64,000 nucleotides of DNA from assembly GCA_977017575.1 (NCBI GenBank), contig CDRNVI010000002.1, positions 806,001 through 870,000 of the forward strand, read 5' to 3'. Under the pieces are notes generated by a model. The model had not been told where the DNA came from and ran no database searches. It saw only the letters and a list, made by a program, of their open reading frames with translations. Shown piece by piece: positions 52,068 to 63,403 of this stretch. Position 1 is the stretch's first letter. Every line of letters starts with the position of its first letter. The position numbers were made by a program, and so were the translations under genes. The stretch comes from Paramoeba atlantica. Its lineage: Eukaryota; Protista; Discosea.

Positions 52068-53543
52068 ATGAGCCACACCCCTTCCCCCCAACACTCCCCC
52101 AGTACCCAACCCACCACCTCTCCCACTCTCTCCCCCACCCTCCTTCACCCCCCACCCCGCACCCCCACCGCCCCAGTCCCCGGCTTTCCCCATCCCCCTT
52201 CCTTCTTTCACCACCACCACCCCACCCTCCCCGAACTCCCCGGCCACCCTCCACCCCCTCCTCGTGATCCCCCACCCCCTCCACGTCCCCCCACCCTCGG
52301 CGGCACCGACCCGATGAAATACAAAACCGCAATGTGCCGCAACTGGGAGACCACCGGACAGTGCCACTTCCGCGGGTGTACCTTCGCCCATGGCCGCGCG
52401 GAGCTCCGACCCCTACCCCCACGTCCCGGCGTAGTCGACACAACGCCCCACAGCCTCCCCACCGATACCCCGTTAACCCACCTCCCTACTCCCCCCTCCC
52501 ACTCTACCCCATTTGTGGAGTGTGGGCCCTTTCCCCCCTCTACCGTACATCTCATCGACACACTCCCTACCACCCGGACCCACTCCCCCACAACCGTACC
52601 CAGTACCAGGAGTAGTCCCAGTCACAGTAGCAGTAACAGCAACCGTACCGCAGTCCACAGTAGTGCCGCCACAGCTCCAGCAACAGCCACAACAACAACA
52701 ACAACCGGCCTGGGATCGACCACCCTATGGGGAAGGCCTACCGTACCCGCGGGCTCGACGCCTGCTGTAGTCGGGGTCCTCGGGGTCCCACGTAGTGGAC
52801 CTCACGTCGTGCCGTTACAACCGACGAACTACCCCCACACACAAACAACAAACGAACGGGGGCGTACTACGCCTCGAGGAGTAGCGGGAGCCATGGGGTA
52901 TGGGGTAGGGGGAACGACAGGGGGAGTGGTGTCCCGGTCCCCGACCCCTACGCCTACGTTGGTGGCCCCGGTTTATTCGTCGGGGGGAGCGGGAGGAGGG
53001 GTTGCTCCAGGGGGTAGTGGTGTGCCTCGGAGTCGAGGAGGGGGGATGAACGCAACAGAGGAGTTGCTGCGGGAACTTGCGAACGCGATCCACCGGGATC
53101 ATGAGACCTTGCGTGGGGTCCAGGACACCGCACGTGGTTTGGAGAAGGTGTTGCAGGCGGAGAGGGTGGAGAGGGCGGCGCAGCGAGTGGAGGCGGAGAG
53201 GAGTGCGATGGAGCTCGCACGGGTGAAACAAAGGGTGGTGGAGTTGGAGCAGAGGTTGGTGGGGGTGACGGAGGGGGAGGAGGCAGACGGGTCGGGGGTG
53301 AAGTTGCCGGGTACGGAACGGCACAGCCCTGTGGAGGGGCGCTCGGGTACTCCGACGAGTCGGGATACGATGCGACCTGGGGATAAGTCCACTCCGCTGT
53401 TTTCCGAGACTATGAGCATGCAGGAGGGGGCACTCACGCCGCGTGAAATATCTCCGTCAGATGAAACGGCGGCAGAGTGTGCGTCCAGCGAGGATCAAAA
53501 ACTCCGGGAATTGCTAAGCGTCCTGCAGGTAGGCTCCTTGTAG
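52068..53543 (+). CDS. CCCH zinc-finger RNA-binding protein with C-terminal coiled coil
   Basis: KYKTAMCRNWETTGQCHFRGCTFAHG: C-x7-C-x4-C-x3-H with a TIS11-type KYKT lead-in. Confidence 0.85.
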   Translation: MSHTPSPQHSPSTQPTTSPTLSPTLLHPPPRTPTAPVPGFPHPPSFFHHHHPTLPELPGHPPPPPRDPPPPPRPPTLGGTDPMKYKTAMCRNWETTGQCHFRGCTFAHGRAELRPLPPRPGVVDTTPHSLPTDTPLTHLPTPPSHSTPFVECGPFPPSTVHLIDTLPTTRTHSPTTVPSTRSSPSHSSSNSNRTAVHSSAATAPATATTTTTTGLGSTTLWGRPTVPAGSTPAVVGVLGVPRSGPHVVPLQPTNYPHTQTTNERGRTTPRGVAGAMGYGVGGTTGGVVSRSPTPTPTLVAPVYSSGGAGGGVAPGGSGVPRSRGGGMNATEELLRELANAIHRDHETLRGVQDTARGLEKVLQAERVERAAQRVEAERSAMELARVKQRVVELEQRLVGVTEGEEADGSGVKLPGTERHSPVEGRSGTPTSRDTMRPGDKSTPLFSETMSMQEGALTPREISPSDETAAECASSEDQKLRELLSVLQVGSL

Positions 53544-54224
53544 ACGCCACGCATCTTCATAATCTTTGCATATTGATAGATCTGCGATAGGATAGTTATG
53601 TCTTGCTGGCTTGGTGCAAGTTGCCAATCATGAGATGTGCGGCATGATTAGGTTTGACGGCTCAAAGTCTTTATTTCTCCATGTGTTTATAGTTCAGTTT
53701 TTTAGAAACATAATAATCAACAAAGTAGTACTTGTTTCGCTGCTCTTAAAAGTCTAGAATTGCTCTTTTTGTCTTATGCGTATTATTCTTATTCGATTTA
53801 ACCGAATCTATTTTTGAAGTTTTAATCCCCTTTAATCTGTCAAACTCACATTTAATCGCCGCATCTTAATGTAGATTTTAATTTACGTTGCTGTTTTATC
53901 TAATTGGGACGTGTCAGAGTCTTGTTAAAGCCACCAATCTGTACGTCTTTGGGCTAGATGCCAATAGGCAATGAATCTCATTCTCTAACTCACTAAGTGT
54001 AATAGGTATATCAACCTGAACGAATACAAGTCCTTGGAAGTAAAGCAGGTGTAGTGTATCGCTTTCCTATTTCTTATAATCTGTTGCGTATTTCTAGATT
54101 TTAGTTTGAAACCCGAGTTGTTGAGTGACACGCTACAGATTTATCGTTGTCACACGTGCATCGCGGAGTATTTAATTTGTTATTGTAGAATAAGAAGTCA
54201 TCATTTTAATTTTTCTTTATCAAT

Positions 54225-54626
54225 ATGGGGCTTTGTGCCTCCAAAGTAAACACCAGCAGTCCTGTAGCAGCACAATTTGACGCCGATTGGATTCCTTTTA
54301 TCGATGGAAAGAGAGGTGCAGATTTTCACCGAGTAGTGAGGGCCTGTTCCCCTTTTGCAAGCCATGAGTTGGGAGAGCGATGGGCAGAAGGGGTCCTTAA
54401 GCGAATGCACATCGGTTTGGAGAAACGCAATCTTGCAGGAGTGTACAAATATGATATTAAGGGAATTGGGAACAATGGCATCATTGAGGTTTGTTGTAAC
54501 GTGACAAATCCGAGTGGGCTTCCTGGTCCACACGTTAACCGAAATTTTCATTATGTCTTGCAATATTTTACAGAACAGTCTTCAGATAAAATAGACAGGG
54601 AAAAGGGGCAAGTGATGGATTCCTAG
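54225..54626 (+). CDS. Hypothetical protein with N-terminal acylation motif
   Basis: MGLCASK (Gly2, Cys4, Ser6, Lys7); 133 aa. Confidence 0.55.
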   Translation: MGLCASKVNTSSPVAAQFDADWIPFIDGKRGADFHRVVRACSPFASHELGERWAEGVLKRMHIGLEKRNLAGVYKYDIKGIGNNGIIEVCCNVTNPSGLPGPHVNRNFHYVLQYFTEQSSDKIDREKGQVMDS

Positions 54627-54947
54627 TGTTCTTTGGAGTATCTATTCGCGATACAGACTCCGAGCATGTTTTGTACAAAGAGAGGCATACAGTATGTGAT
54701 CAGTGCTTTCCCATCTTTCCAGATACGGATTTCAGATCAGTATTGCGCAACGTAATAAACGAAAAAACGTATTTGTCATTTTGAAAAGTGGTCATGTTTT
54801 TAAGAATGATCCATCTGTGTTACTTCACACTTCAAGACTACTTGAGCATACAATTTATGTAGAATAATCTAGAAATAATCTGCACGAAACATTTGTTGAA
54901 AATGGACATTTGAAGGTTGTTTCATTACTGAGTTCTACTGCTATAAA

Positions 54948-56180
54948 ATGAAACTCAAAGTGCGACTTGTCACAGGTGAATTTAAAGATGCGGAGATTCC
55001 GGATAAGGGTACCGTTGGGGAATTAAAGACGGCCGTTGCGCAGGAGTATGAATCCGAATCCGTCAAATTTTGCTTTAAAGGTTCTGTCCTAACAGATAGT
55101 GAGAAGGTGCTTCACGACGCCGGCGTATGTGAGAACGATACCCTTGTCATGGTTGGAAAAAAGAAAAAAATTGTTGCAGAGGTCCCAAAAACTTCTGCTG
55201 CTCTAGGTAATGCCGAGTCGGGCACCACTCAGAGCGCCCCTGTACCATACATTCCCTCTGATTCTTCTTCCGCTGTGAACCCCTCCGCACCTGCCTCCAC
55301 GCCCACCCGTGCCGCCACGTCCACCTTACTTGCGCCGAACGAACAAGATATCACCAATCTCACCTCCATGGGGTTCTCACGAGAGCTGGTCCTTCGGGCA
55401 CTCCGGGCAGCGTACAACAACCCCGAACGTGCGGTGGAGTACTGTCTCAGCGGAATCCCCGCCAATACGGAGCGTGGTTACAGCGCCCCCGTGCCTATGC
55501 CCTCTTTTCCTGCTCCTGGTACCGCGTCGGAAACTCCAGCCGAGAGTACAAACCCGAGTAGTGCTACAGTACCGGAGACAGCTCACCATGGTGCGTTAAA
55601 TGAGTCAGCGGGGACGACCTCCACCGCTACAACACCCGACATCGACGAAGCACAGCGCCAGCTACGTGAGTTGCTCGGGGGGGCTCCCGAGCCCTCCGCT
55701 CTGGCCCAGGAACTACAAAGCCTGCCGAACTTCGATGCTATACGGGATCTGATTCTTCGTAACCCGGAGTCGATGTTACCGATGGCCATGCAGCAGTTAC
55801 AGCAATCCCACCCCGCGCTGCACACGCTGATACAGCAAAGTCCGCAGGAGTTTATGAGCCTATTAAGCCGTGGTCTCGGGGGCAACGCTGAGTTAGGGGG
55901 TGAGGCTGGGTCTGTACCTCAAGTCGTCACGCTCGGCGCCGAAGACGCGGAGCCAATTCAGCGTTTAATGGCACTCGGAGGGTTCACCCAGGAGCAGGCC
56001 GCACGGGCCTACGTCCTGGGTCGACGTAATGAGGAGATCGCCGCCGCGATTCTTTTTGAAAGTATGGAACAAGGCGGCGATGGGGGCATCGGGGATTTGT
56101 TGCCCTCGATGGAAGGATCCACCAATGAGGCGAGTGACAGCGACTCAAAAGATGAAAATGGGGACACAAACGAAGAGTAA
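54948..56180 (+). CDS. RAD23: UV excision repair / proteasome shuttle RAD23
   Basis: N-terminal UBL, UBA1 ([32 protein letters not shown]), XPC-binding region, UBA2 ([10 protein letters not shown]). Confidence 0.95.
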   Translation: MKLKVRLVTGEFKDAEIPDKGTVGELKTAVAQEYESESVKFCFKGSVLTDSEKVLHDAGVCENDTLVMVGKKKKIVAEVPKTSAALGNAESGTTQSAPVPYIPSDSSSAVNPSAPASTPTRAATSTLLAPNEQDITNLTSMGFSRELVLRALRAAYNNPERAVEYCLSGIPANTERGYSAPVPMPSFPAPGTASETPAESTNPSSATVPETAHHGALNESAGTTSTATTPDIDEAQRQLRELLGGAPEPSALAQELQSLPNFDAIRDLILRNPESMLPMAMQQLQQSHPALHTLIQQSPQEFMSLLSRGLGGNAELGGEAGSVPQVVTLGAEDAEPIQRLMALGGFTQEQAARAYVLGRRNEEIAAAILFESMEQGGDGGIGDLLPSMEGSTNEASDSDSKDENGDTNEE

Positions 56181-56423
56181 CGTGGGCTAGATCATTTTAT
56201 TGAAAAGAAATTGTTCGGCATAACATGATGTAGGTGAATATGATATTTTTTAGAAGAAAATGCTTGCTTTGAGGTTATAGGCTATGTGTTTCATTAGAAT
56301 GTTGCTGTTGTGTAACGCATTGGTTATTGTTTTTTGAACGCGATACACCAGTCTTAGAATCATACGAGTATGTATGTAGATACACTAAAAGGGTTCTAAG
56401 AACGATCTCTTCAAAATTTTATT

Positions 56424-57746
56424 ATGTTTGAACTCCCACAAAAACTAAAAGCTTACTTCTTGGGCACGCAATCGCAATCAGAGCTTGCTGCCGCTGTGGA
56501 GGCCTGCCAGAGTTGGAGCAGCGCCCTTCCTATTCGACTCATCGATATTTACTGTGCCGTCCGGTATGAAATAGAATCCAACCAAAGCCCCGCCTCGGTC
56601 CCCAGTCTCGGTGATTTTCTTCGTTCCATGCATGTTCTTCTTCGACAATCCGCCGAACACTACCCGGAACTCAAGCTGCGAACTCTCGACTTTAGCTACT
56701 TCGCGCTTTCCTCAAGCTGCCCCTACATGACCCACGCCCTCGTCCTTCTCCGTGAGGTACCCTGTGGGGTGATGGATCTCCGAGAGGGGAATCAAGCACT
56801 GCGGCAGGACCCGCTGGCGGTGGCGGACATTATCACAGCCACGAAACAAAACTCCAGTGTGCGTCTTGTGTTCCTCCCAGAAGAGCTCACGCAGTATCCC
56901 ACCACAGGCAGTATGGGTTGTAAGGCGTTGGTACTGGTTGCTCCGGAGGACCTCGGGAAAATCTCGATCGGAGGGGAGCTGCAATTTTTCGGATCCGACG
57001 AGAGGAACATAGGGCTGCCCCTTCCGAATTTGGGTAACACCGCACATCATCATGTGCGTGCAACAGTAGTTTACGATAGCACGATTCGCCAAAAGCCTAG
57101 ATTTCCTACTTTGGAAGGGATCTCACGATATATAAAAAGTCGAGTCCCGCATCACACGGAGATAATTCGATCACAGCAGATAGACGAGAATTGTGTATGT
57201 AGCATGCGAGAACGCCTCAAAGTTTTGCAGAACCCAGGGATGGCCATCTCCGACAAGGAACGGCTGGTCGAGGCTATGCATTACTTGAGCTGGAATACTT
57301 CTCTCGAGATCTTGCAGAGGCAAAGTCTTACCCTCACGCAATGCATGGTACAAGGCACCCCAGCCTTACTCTCTTCACTGTTGAAGCGTGATCACAACGA
57401 CAAGTCTCCACAAAAGGAGGAGGACATGCTAAGCGCAGTGCTTGAAACTGTACGCTATCATGTAGATGCATTCCAGAGCTACCATCAGCGTAAATCGCAG
57501 CAAAACGATAAATCATCAGAGATGGAATACGAAGCCGGAAATCTTTTCTACGCTGTGGACGTGTTACGTCGCCACGGAATTGATTGGCGACGCTTACATA
57601 GTGAGGAGAGTGCCGTTGAGGGATACATAGAGCAACTTTATCTGAACCGCGAGAGAGAGTATGCCAGGGAAGTGCAAAATGCGGTGACGTGGGTCTCCCA
57701 AAATCTTGCCAAAATGCGCAAAGATGCCTTGTTTGATGAAGCGTAA
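56424..57746 (+). CDS. Hypothetical protein (440 aa)
   Basis: Long ATG ORF on the coding strand; no motif recognised. Confidence 0.6.
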   Translation: MFELPQKLKAYFLGTQSQSELAAAVEACQSWSSALPIRLIDIYCAVRYEIESNQSPASVPSLGDFLRSMHVLLRQSAEHYPELKLRTLDFSYFALSSSCPYMTHALVLLREVPCGVMDLREGNQALRQDPLAVADIITATKQNSSVRLVFLPEELTQYPTTGSMGCKALVLVAPEDLGKISIGGELQFFGSDERNIGLPLPNLGNTAHHHVRATVVYDSTIRQKPRFPTLEGISRYIKSRVPHHTEIIRSQQIDENCVCSMRERLKVLQNPGMAISDKERLVEAMHYLSWNTSLEILQRQSLTLTQCMVQGTPALLSSLLKRDHNDKSPQKEEDMLSAVLETVRYHVDAFQSYHQRKSQQNDKSSEMEYEAGNLFYAVDVLRRHGIDWRRLHSEESAVEGYIEQLYLNREREYAREVQNAVTWVSQNLAKMRKDALFDEA

Positions 57747-57963
57747 AAACTATTCGTCAATCACAACCGCATTATAACTACTGTTGTTTTCTTTGTCGTA
57801 GTCAACGGCTTCACGCTTTTCCTAAAATCAGATTACCATTTTAACGTAATTTTGATATAAACTTAACAGAAAGACATGTTAAGGAGATACGATCACACAT
57901 TATAGCACCTTTTCTTTCCGATCAAGTACTACCTTACTTACAGTCGTATTTTCGAACTCTTCA

Positions 57964-58416
57964 ATGCTTCTTCGCAGCACGCGCTCTCTCGTACGCCGGG
58001 CTGCTATTGTTATTCCTTTTCGTATTTGTAGTACGTCTAGTTTATCACACATAGCTCCTCGTCTTTCTGTGTCATCCATTATTTCCGCCACTCCTCGTCG
58101 TTGTTATTGCACAGGCAAGGATTCAGAGAATACTGCAGCATCTGAAAAGTCTGATGCAAGTACCCTACTTGACCGTGATATTGTTAAACAGCGCGTTATG
58201 GACGTAGTAAAAAACTTTGAAAAGGTGGACGCATCAAAGGTATCCGAGAATTCTCATTTTGTTCAAGATTTGGGACTTGACTCCCTAGATGTGGTGGAAG
58301 TTGTAATGGCGTTGGAGCAAGAATTCGTGGTGGACATTCCAGACAACGACGCAGAGAAAATACAAAGTATTGAAGAAGCGATCGACTATATTGCGGCGAA
58401 TCCCTCTGCAAAGTAA
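57964..58416 (+). CDS. ACP: Mitochondrial acyl carrier protein
   Basis: Presequence MLLRSTRSLVRR; DLGLDSLDVVEVVMALEQEF phosphopantetheine motif. Confidence 0.95.
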   Translation: MLLRSTRSLVRRAAIVIPFRICSTSSLSHIAPRLSVSSIISATPRRCYCTGKDSENTAASEKSDASTLLDRDIVKQRVMDVVKNFEKVDASKVSENSHFVQDLGLDSLDVVEVVMALEQEFVVDIPDNDAEKIQSIEEAIDYIAANPSAK

Positions 58417-58866
58417 CTTCAAGTTCTACGACGCATGCACAACGTCATTGTAGGTAGAGCGCCCCTTTTTCAAAAGACTACCAGTCTATACATGAATATT
58501 TTGCGTTGAGTTATTGGGAAAAACTAAGAAAAATATAATCTGCTTAATCAATGTCATTTCTTTTTACTTTTAAGTCGTCGATCATTCAGACATTTGACTT
58601 TTGGGGGATCTAAAAATACTAGCCGTGTGTTTTCGAGTATTATGCTGCAGATGAGACAACGAATACTTTTACTTACTTCGATAGTAAAAACATCTTGCTT
58701 AATGACATCTAGACATCTTGTCTTTTTTCGGAAACAACGGATTTTTTGAAACAAAGGCACTGACACGGGTGGCATTTTTTGTTGCATTTCGAATTTTCTT
58801 TCATTCTACACACTTCTACATACTTCGATGTTGCACATTATTTAAGGTCCTTTTCTGTCACGAAGC

Positions 58867-60003
58867 ATGAGATCACAAAGCACAAAAAGACAAGCCCTTG
58901 ACTACATTCTCGATGAGACCTCAGCTGACCACTTCCATTTCCACCCAAATGCTAAACTACGTTATATTCGCTCCATCTTTCGAGCCACAACGCTTCTTGT
59001 GGTTCTTGTCTCGTGCATTCAACTTGGGATCGAATCTCTACCACGTTACTATCTAACACTTCGTTCACCTCCCACTTTCTGGTTTAGTATTGAGTGTTTT
59101 TGTGTTGCCTACTTAACCATAGAATACCTCACTCGTTGGTGGGCCCACCTCGGAAATCGAGTACGATTTCCTCTTCAATTTCTCAACATCCTTGATTTAC
59201 TCGCAGTGATCCCGTTCTACATCGAAAGAATCCTTGATGCCTGCGGTGGCATCCCCACATATCACCTCATGGACTTACGTGTGCTGCGGTTGTTTCGTGT
59301 CACCCGCGCCGTGCGCTTCTTCCCTGGGGGATCACTTGTGCTCCGCGCGTTCACAGACACTGCCCCCACACTCGGGAGCTGTCTGGTTGCATTCGTTCTG
59401 CTTCTATTTTTCTGGTCCTCGTTGCTTTATACCGTAGAGCGCGCGCACAGTCGGTTTGATCCCGGACGCTCCTTGTGGGTACGTCCTCGATACAAAGGGC
59501 TGGTGCTCGCCGAGGAGGTCTCACCGTTTCAATCCGTCTACCACACCCTGTGGTGGGCAGCTACCTCGATGTGTACAGTGGGGTATGGCGACGCCGTCCC
59601 CCTGAGTGCGATGGGAAAAATCATCGCCACACTCACTATGCTGTCCGGGATTTTTATGCTAGCTCTGCCAACCTCTGTGGTGGGCTCGCGGTTCTTACAT
59701 TTGTACCGAAATTCTCACCGAAAAGCGGAGTTTAATTGTTTGCGTAAGCCAGTGGATCATAGAAAAGTGTGTATTGCCTCTGAACTTGGGTCCCTAGCAG
59801 AGGATGCTCTCCTTACCGACGATGAGTCTCATCGCCTGCATCAAGTGCTGTGGGATAAGAAGTATGAGAGAGCATTGCAACAAATTTATCAAGCATCGCT
59901 TTTGACGCAAAATTATGATCTTCGTCGACGCCGTTTTGTAGAAAATTTACATGGTCTCCTTGCTCATGACCACCAGGGTTGTGCATGTTATGGTTACATT
60001 TAA
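58867..60003 (+). CDS. 6-TM voltage-gated potassium channel
   Basis: S4 LRVLRLFRVTR, pore WWAATSMCTVGYGD, S6 LALPTSVV; no T1 domain seen. Confidence 0.9.
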   Translation: MRSQSTKRQALDYILDETSADHFHFHPNAKLRYIRSIFRATTLLVVLVSCIQLGIESLPRYYLTLRSPPTFWFSIECFCVAYLTIEYLTRWWAHLGNRVRFPLQFLNILDLLAVIPFYIERILDACGGIPTYHLMDLRVLRLFRVTRAVRFFPGGSLVLRAFTDTAPTLGSCLVAFVLLLFFWSSLLYTVERAHSRFDPGRSLWVRPRYKGLVLAEEVSPFQSVYHTLWWAATSMCTVGYGDAVPLSAMGKIIATLTMLSGIFMLALPTSVVGSRFLHLYRNSHRKAEFNCLRKPVDHRKVCIASELGSLAEDALLTDDESHRLHQVLWDKKYERALQQIYQASLLTQNYDLRRRRFVENLHGLLAHDHQGCACYGYI

Positions 60004-60409
60004 ATCATCTAAAGAAGTGTTGTAGAATGGTGGCTGAGATCCCAAATTGAATTTAAGATTCCTACGTTAGGTGACGCGCACTCATAAAGATGACCCCGTC
60101 GGATGTTTTCGTCATTTTGTGATGAACGTGCGGGCAACCATTCAAAGAGGCCATGCACCGATGGTGCAGGTCGCCGTCCAGGGATGGTGGTCTAATGGGA
60201 TTGGATAATTTGTGTCTGAGTAGAAAAAAAGGTCCGAAATCTACGAGAATCATTTAAGGATGACCAATTTGTTTCCTCTTTTCGACCTCCCCGAAAAGCA
60301 ATATTAAGTAAGGGAAATAAACAATAAGTGGGAAAAGAGTCTAAGGAAAAGTTGAAACGTTTTCTAGCTTGCTTCTTTATGAAGTATATAATCATATAGA
60401 GTAGTTTTA

Positions 60410-60732
60410 AACCACTGTCCAGCTTACCCCCCCCCCGGTAGATTACGAAGGTATAGGTATATTAAAAAATCTAAAGAATCCACAAAAACGCCTAAAAAAC
60501 ATTTCTCCCCAAAATGCGTTTAAAAATTCTTTGAAAAGTCCTGTTTAGGGACTGAAAATGTAAAAAAAAGTACTTTATCTTCTGTAAATGCTCTTTTGCG
60601 CCAGTCCTTTTCTGAACCTTGTGTTGTGAAAGCCTTGTGTTGGAGGGGGGGTATATTAAAGCAGAGTAGACACTGTAATATACCTCCCCGGTATATTATG
60701 GGGGTATAGGTATGGTAAACTGGACAGTGGTT
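60410..60732. mobile_element. MITE, TA-flanked, related to the 10003-10936 TIRs
   Basis: TA|AACCACTGTCCAGCTTACC ... GGTAAACTGGACAGTGGTT|TA (1 mismatch); shares CTGTCCAGCTT and a C-run with the Tc1-like TIR. Confidence 0.75.
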
Positions 60733-60840
60733 TATTGTAGAGAGAAATATAGGGGCGATACCGCGTTTGAAATGCATTTATCCAGATATAACAGTAAAGT
60801 ACAATTGAACGCTTGATAAAGTACAATTGAACGCTTCGAT

Positions 60841-61371
60841 ATGGACGGCGAAACCTTCACAACCAAGTTGGCCAAAGCCCTTCGCCTCGGTACAGACGAA
60901 CCGTTTGCAACAATACACGCGAAGGACCCGATGCATGGCGACTTGTCGACAACTGCTATTGATAGCTATATCGAAATTAAGCAAATCATGAGTTTGCTCA
61001 ATTTTGGTGAGAAAGCTTATCTTGCGTACGATCTTGTGGCTCAATTTATAAGTTTGAATACATGTGAAGAGCTTCACGAAAAGTTCCGCGAACAAAAAAG
61101 CATTGTTTATGCAAAGTCACGCAATCTAGAGTCACGTAACACGTCGTCTGACTCATTTCGCTCTGAATTATGTCTAAATACTCTTTCCAAGGTCATCCAG
61201 CAAATGAGCTCTCTCAGCTCGGAAGATTGTAGAGGTACATCCCGTCTCATCGCTTGTTCCTTCCTACGCGGGCGTGTTCGATCGTATCTTGCGGAGAGAA
61301 AGGATTGTACTTCGTCAGATGTAGATGAATGGTACGCTGCGCAACGTATCATCCGAAGGTCATTGCGATGA
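60841..61371 (+). CDS. Hypothetical protein, paralog A
   Basis: EKAYLAYDLV..FRSELC..LIACSFLRGRVRSY aligns with 62028-62594. Confidence 0.65.
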   Translation: MDGETFTTKLAKALRLGTDEPFATIHAKDPMHGDLSTTAIDSYIEIKQIMSLLNFGEKAYLAYDLVAQFISLNTCEELHEKFREQKSIVYAKSRNLESRNTSSDSFRSELCLNTLSKVIQQMSSLSSEDCRGTSRLIACSFLRGRVRSYLAERKDCTSSDVDEWYAAQRIIRRSLR

Positions 61372-62027
61372 AATTATAAATCAAAATGTTTTTAGAATCC
61401 ATACAAATATAATTAACAAGGTCAAAAAGTGATGTGATACGACGGCATTAAGATTGATAGCGGAAAGTCCACCCACCTCAATTCTTCAACGGAGGCCAAG
61501 CGGTAACAAGTGAAAAACAAATGGGAAGATCTCTTTTCTGTTTTTTAAGTCGTTATTTAAGGTGTCTATATTTCCGAAAATTGTAAGTCTATTTACAGTA
61601 TTCAGATTCTTGCTCCCGAAGTTAGTATGCGATACTGAAAATACAAAGTGCTACTCTTGCCACTACATCATGCGTTTATACATCTTACTTTACTTACTCC
61701 TTTACTATCTGTGCTATCTCATCTAAAATAGGAGGTAGCCAAAATATAAAGTATCCAGGTAGTATTAAAATACATACATGTACATTTGATTCGAATCCCT
61801 TGCTTCATAAATTATATTTATTGTCTGTAGAGACTTCCCCCCGGTCGCGACATTGATTACAAAAAAGAGTTTGCATAATAGTGACCATAAAATTGGAAAA
61901 AAATCAAGTATTTTCTCAAAATAATTTTTAATGCATTTCTTAGAAATACATCGTAGAAATTCTACAAGCATTTTTTATAGCATTTTCAAGCATTCCACCA
62001 AACTCATCAGATACATCGCTCCGTAAT

Positions 62028-62594
62028 ATGGATTTTTCGCTGGCTGGTGACGACCCAAATTCTAATGATGATCCTTTTCTGGAATTCCAAACGAAGTACT
62101 CATTGAAAAGAATGGAAAAACTTGAAGGCATTTACTCTGATACGGAAGAAGGTCATGTTCCTACGTGCCACGATTCAGTGAGAGCGAAGGAGCGTTTAGA
62201 CCTACCAGAAATTTGTTCTCATTATAAAGTATTATCGCGTTACGCTTCCATTGTTGCTCTTGTTTCCAAGCTTGATCAGGGTGAACGAGCATACGTGGCA
62301 TACGAACTAGTGGGATCTTACGTTGGCGAAGAACATTTACTAGGCCTAAAAGAAGCATCGCCATCAGAATGGAAATCGCAACTGCAAAACCAAGGAAAAA
62401 ATTCGAAAAAACCTTTTCGATACGAGTTGTGCAACGAAATTTTGCGTCTCATAAATCGGCGTGTCTCGGATCTCACACCTCGTGAGTGCTTTTGCGTCAG
62501 CTGTCGTGTGGCCTGCTTACTTTTACGAGCCCGTGTCGTTCGGTATTGCCAAAAACATCCAGCGCCTCGCATGAACCCTGACTGGACTTGGTAA
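62028..62594 (+). CDS. Hypothetical protein, paralog B
   Basis: ERAYVAYELV..FRYELC..RVACLLLRARVVRY aligns with 60841-61371. Confidence 0.65.
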   Translation: MDFSLAGDDPNSNDDPFLEFQTKYSLKRMEKLEGIYSDTEEGHVPTCHDSVRAKERLDLPEICSHYKVLSRYASIVALVSKLDQGERAYVAYELVGSYVGEEHLLGLKEASPSEWKSQLQNQGKNSKKPFRYELCNEILRLINRRVSDLTPRECFCVSCRVACLLLRARVVRYCQKHPAPRMNPDWTW

Positions 62595-63142
62595 ACGCTT
62601 GTTCTACAGTGCATATGAAAAAAAAGTAAAAATTCATTACTTGCTCAGTCAATAATTATTTTTTTTTGTTTTAACAGCCTACATCAGAATTGTTCAAAGA
62701 TTATATTCTAAATACATGTAATTTGGAAAGGTTAATGCACGGGATTTACAATATCGCGCACTAATCTATTTTGTGTATATCGCAGATAGTAAGCTTCCTT
62801 TATACTTAGAATGTTTTTTTCAAAGGAATTATGCTATTAGGTGCACCTTGCTTCATTATTGTTTAAGATTATCTTAAGAATGTTAAGTGTTTTATTAAGA
62901 ATTATGCTTCTTACTGAGCTACTTACTTGAACTAGTTACAGTAAGATTAGCTTGCGTATTCCTTCCTTGCAATGCAAAGTACAAATGAGTATGTGTTCAG
63001 AAACAAATCTCTCAATTGCAATATTTTTTTATTCCAGTTCATTTGGATATCCTATTTCGGTATCATACCATCATTCATGTATCTGTGCACAAAGTGTCAA
63101 AAGGAAAATTGTTTCTTTTTTATTCTTCACATCACTTTTCTT

Positions 63143-63403
63143 ATGGCTGCTCCTAGCAAACCGATCAAGAAGGTTGTCAAAAAGATTTCCGCATCGAAGA
63201 AGAGCGTTAAAAAGGTACAGGCCACGCGTGTTGTCAAACCGAAAAAGTCGAGCCCCGCAAAACGTAAGGCAAGTCCGGCCAAAAAATCTACTGCTAAGAA
63301 AGCCTCTAAAAAGGTCGTGAAGAAGCCTGCAAAATCTGCTGGCAAGCGTTCTTCTAAAAGCAAAGCAAACACCAGCAAAGCGAAGAAGCCCGCGAAAAAA
63401 TAA
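63143..63403 (+). CDS. H1: Lys/Ala-rich linker histone H1 lacking a globular domain (86 aa)
   Basis: MAAPSKPIKKVVKK..KSSPAKRKASPAKK..KKPAKK; this form is typical of kinetoplastids. Confidence 0.7.
   Translation: MAAPSKPIKKVVKKISASKKSVKKVQATRVVKPKKSSPAKRKASPAKKSTAKKASKKVVKKPAKSAGKRSSKSKANTSKAKKPAKK

Noticed and set aside
53544-54200. Possible snoRNA, tRNA or SL RNA in long intergenic gaps (also 37150-37350)
   Set aside because: No paired C/D boxes with terminal stems, no tRNA A/B boxes with a cloverleaf, and no spliced-leader sequence recognised by eye.
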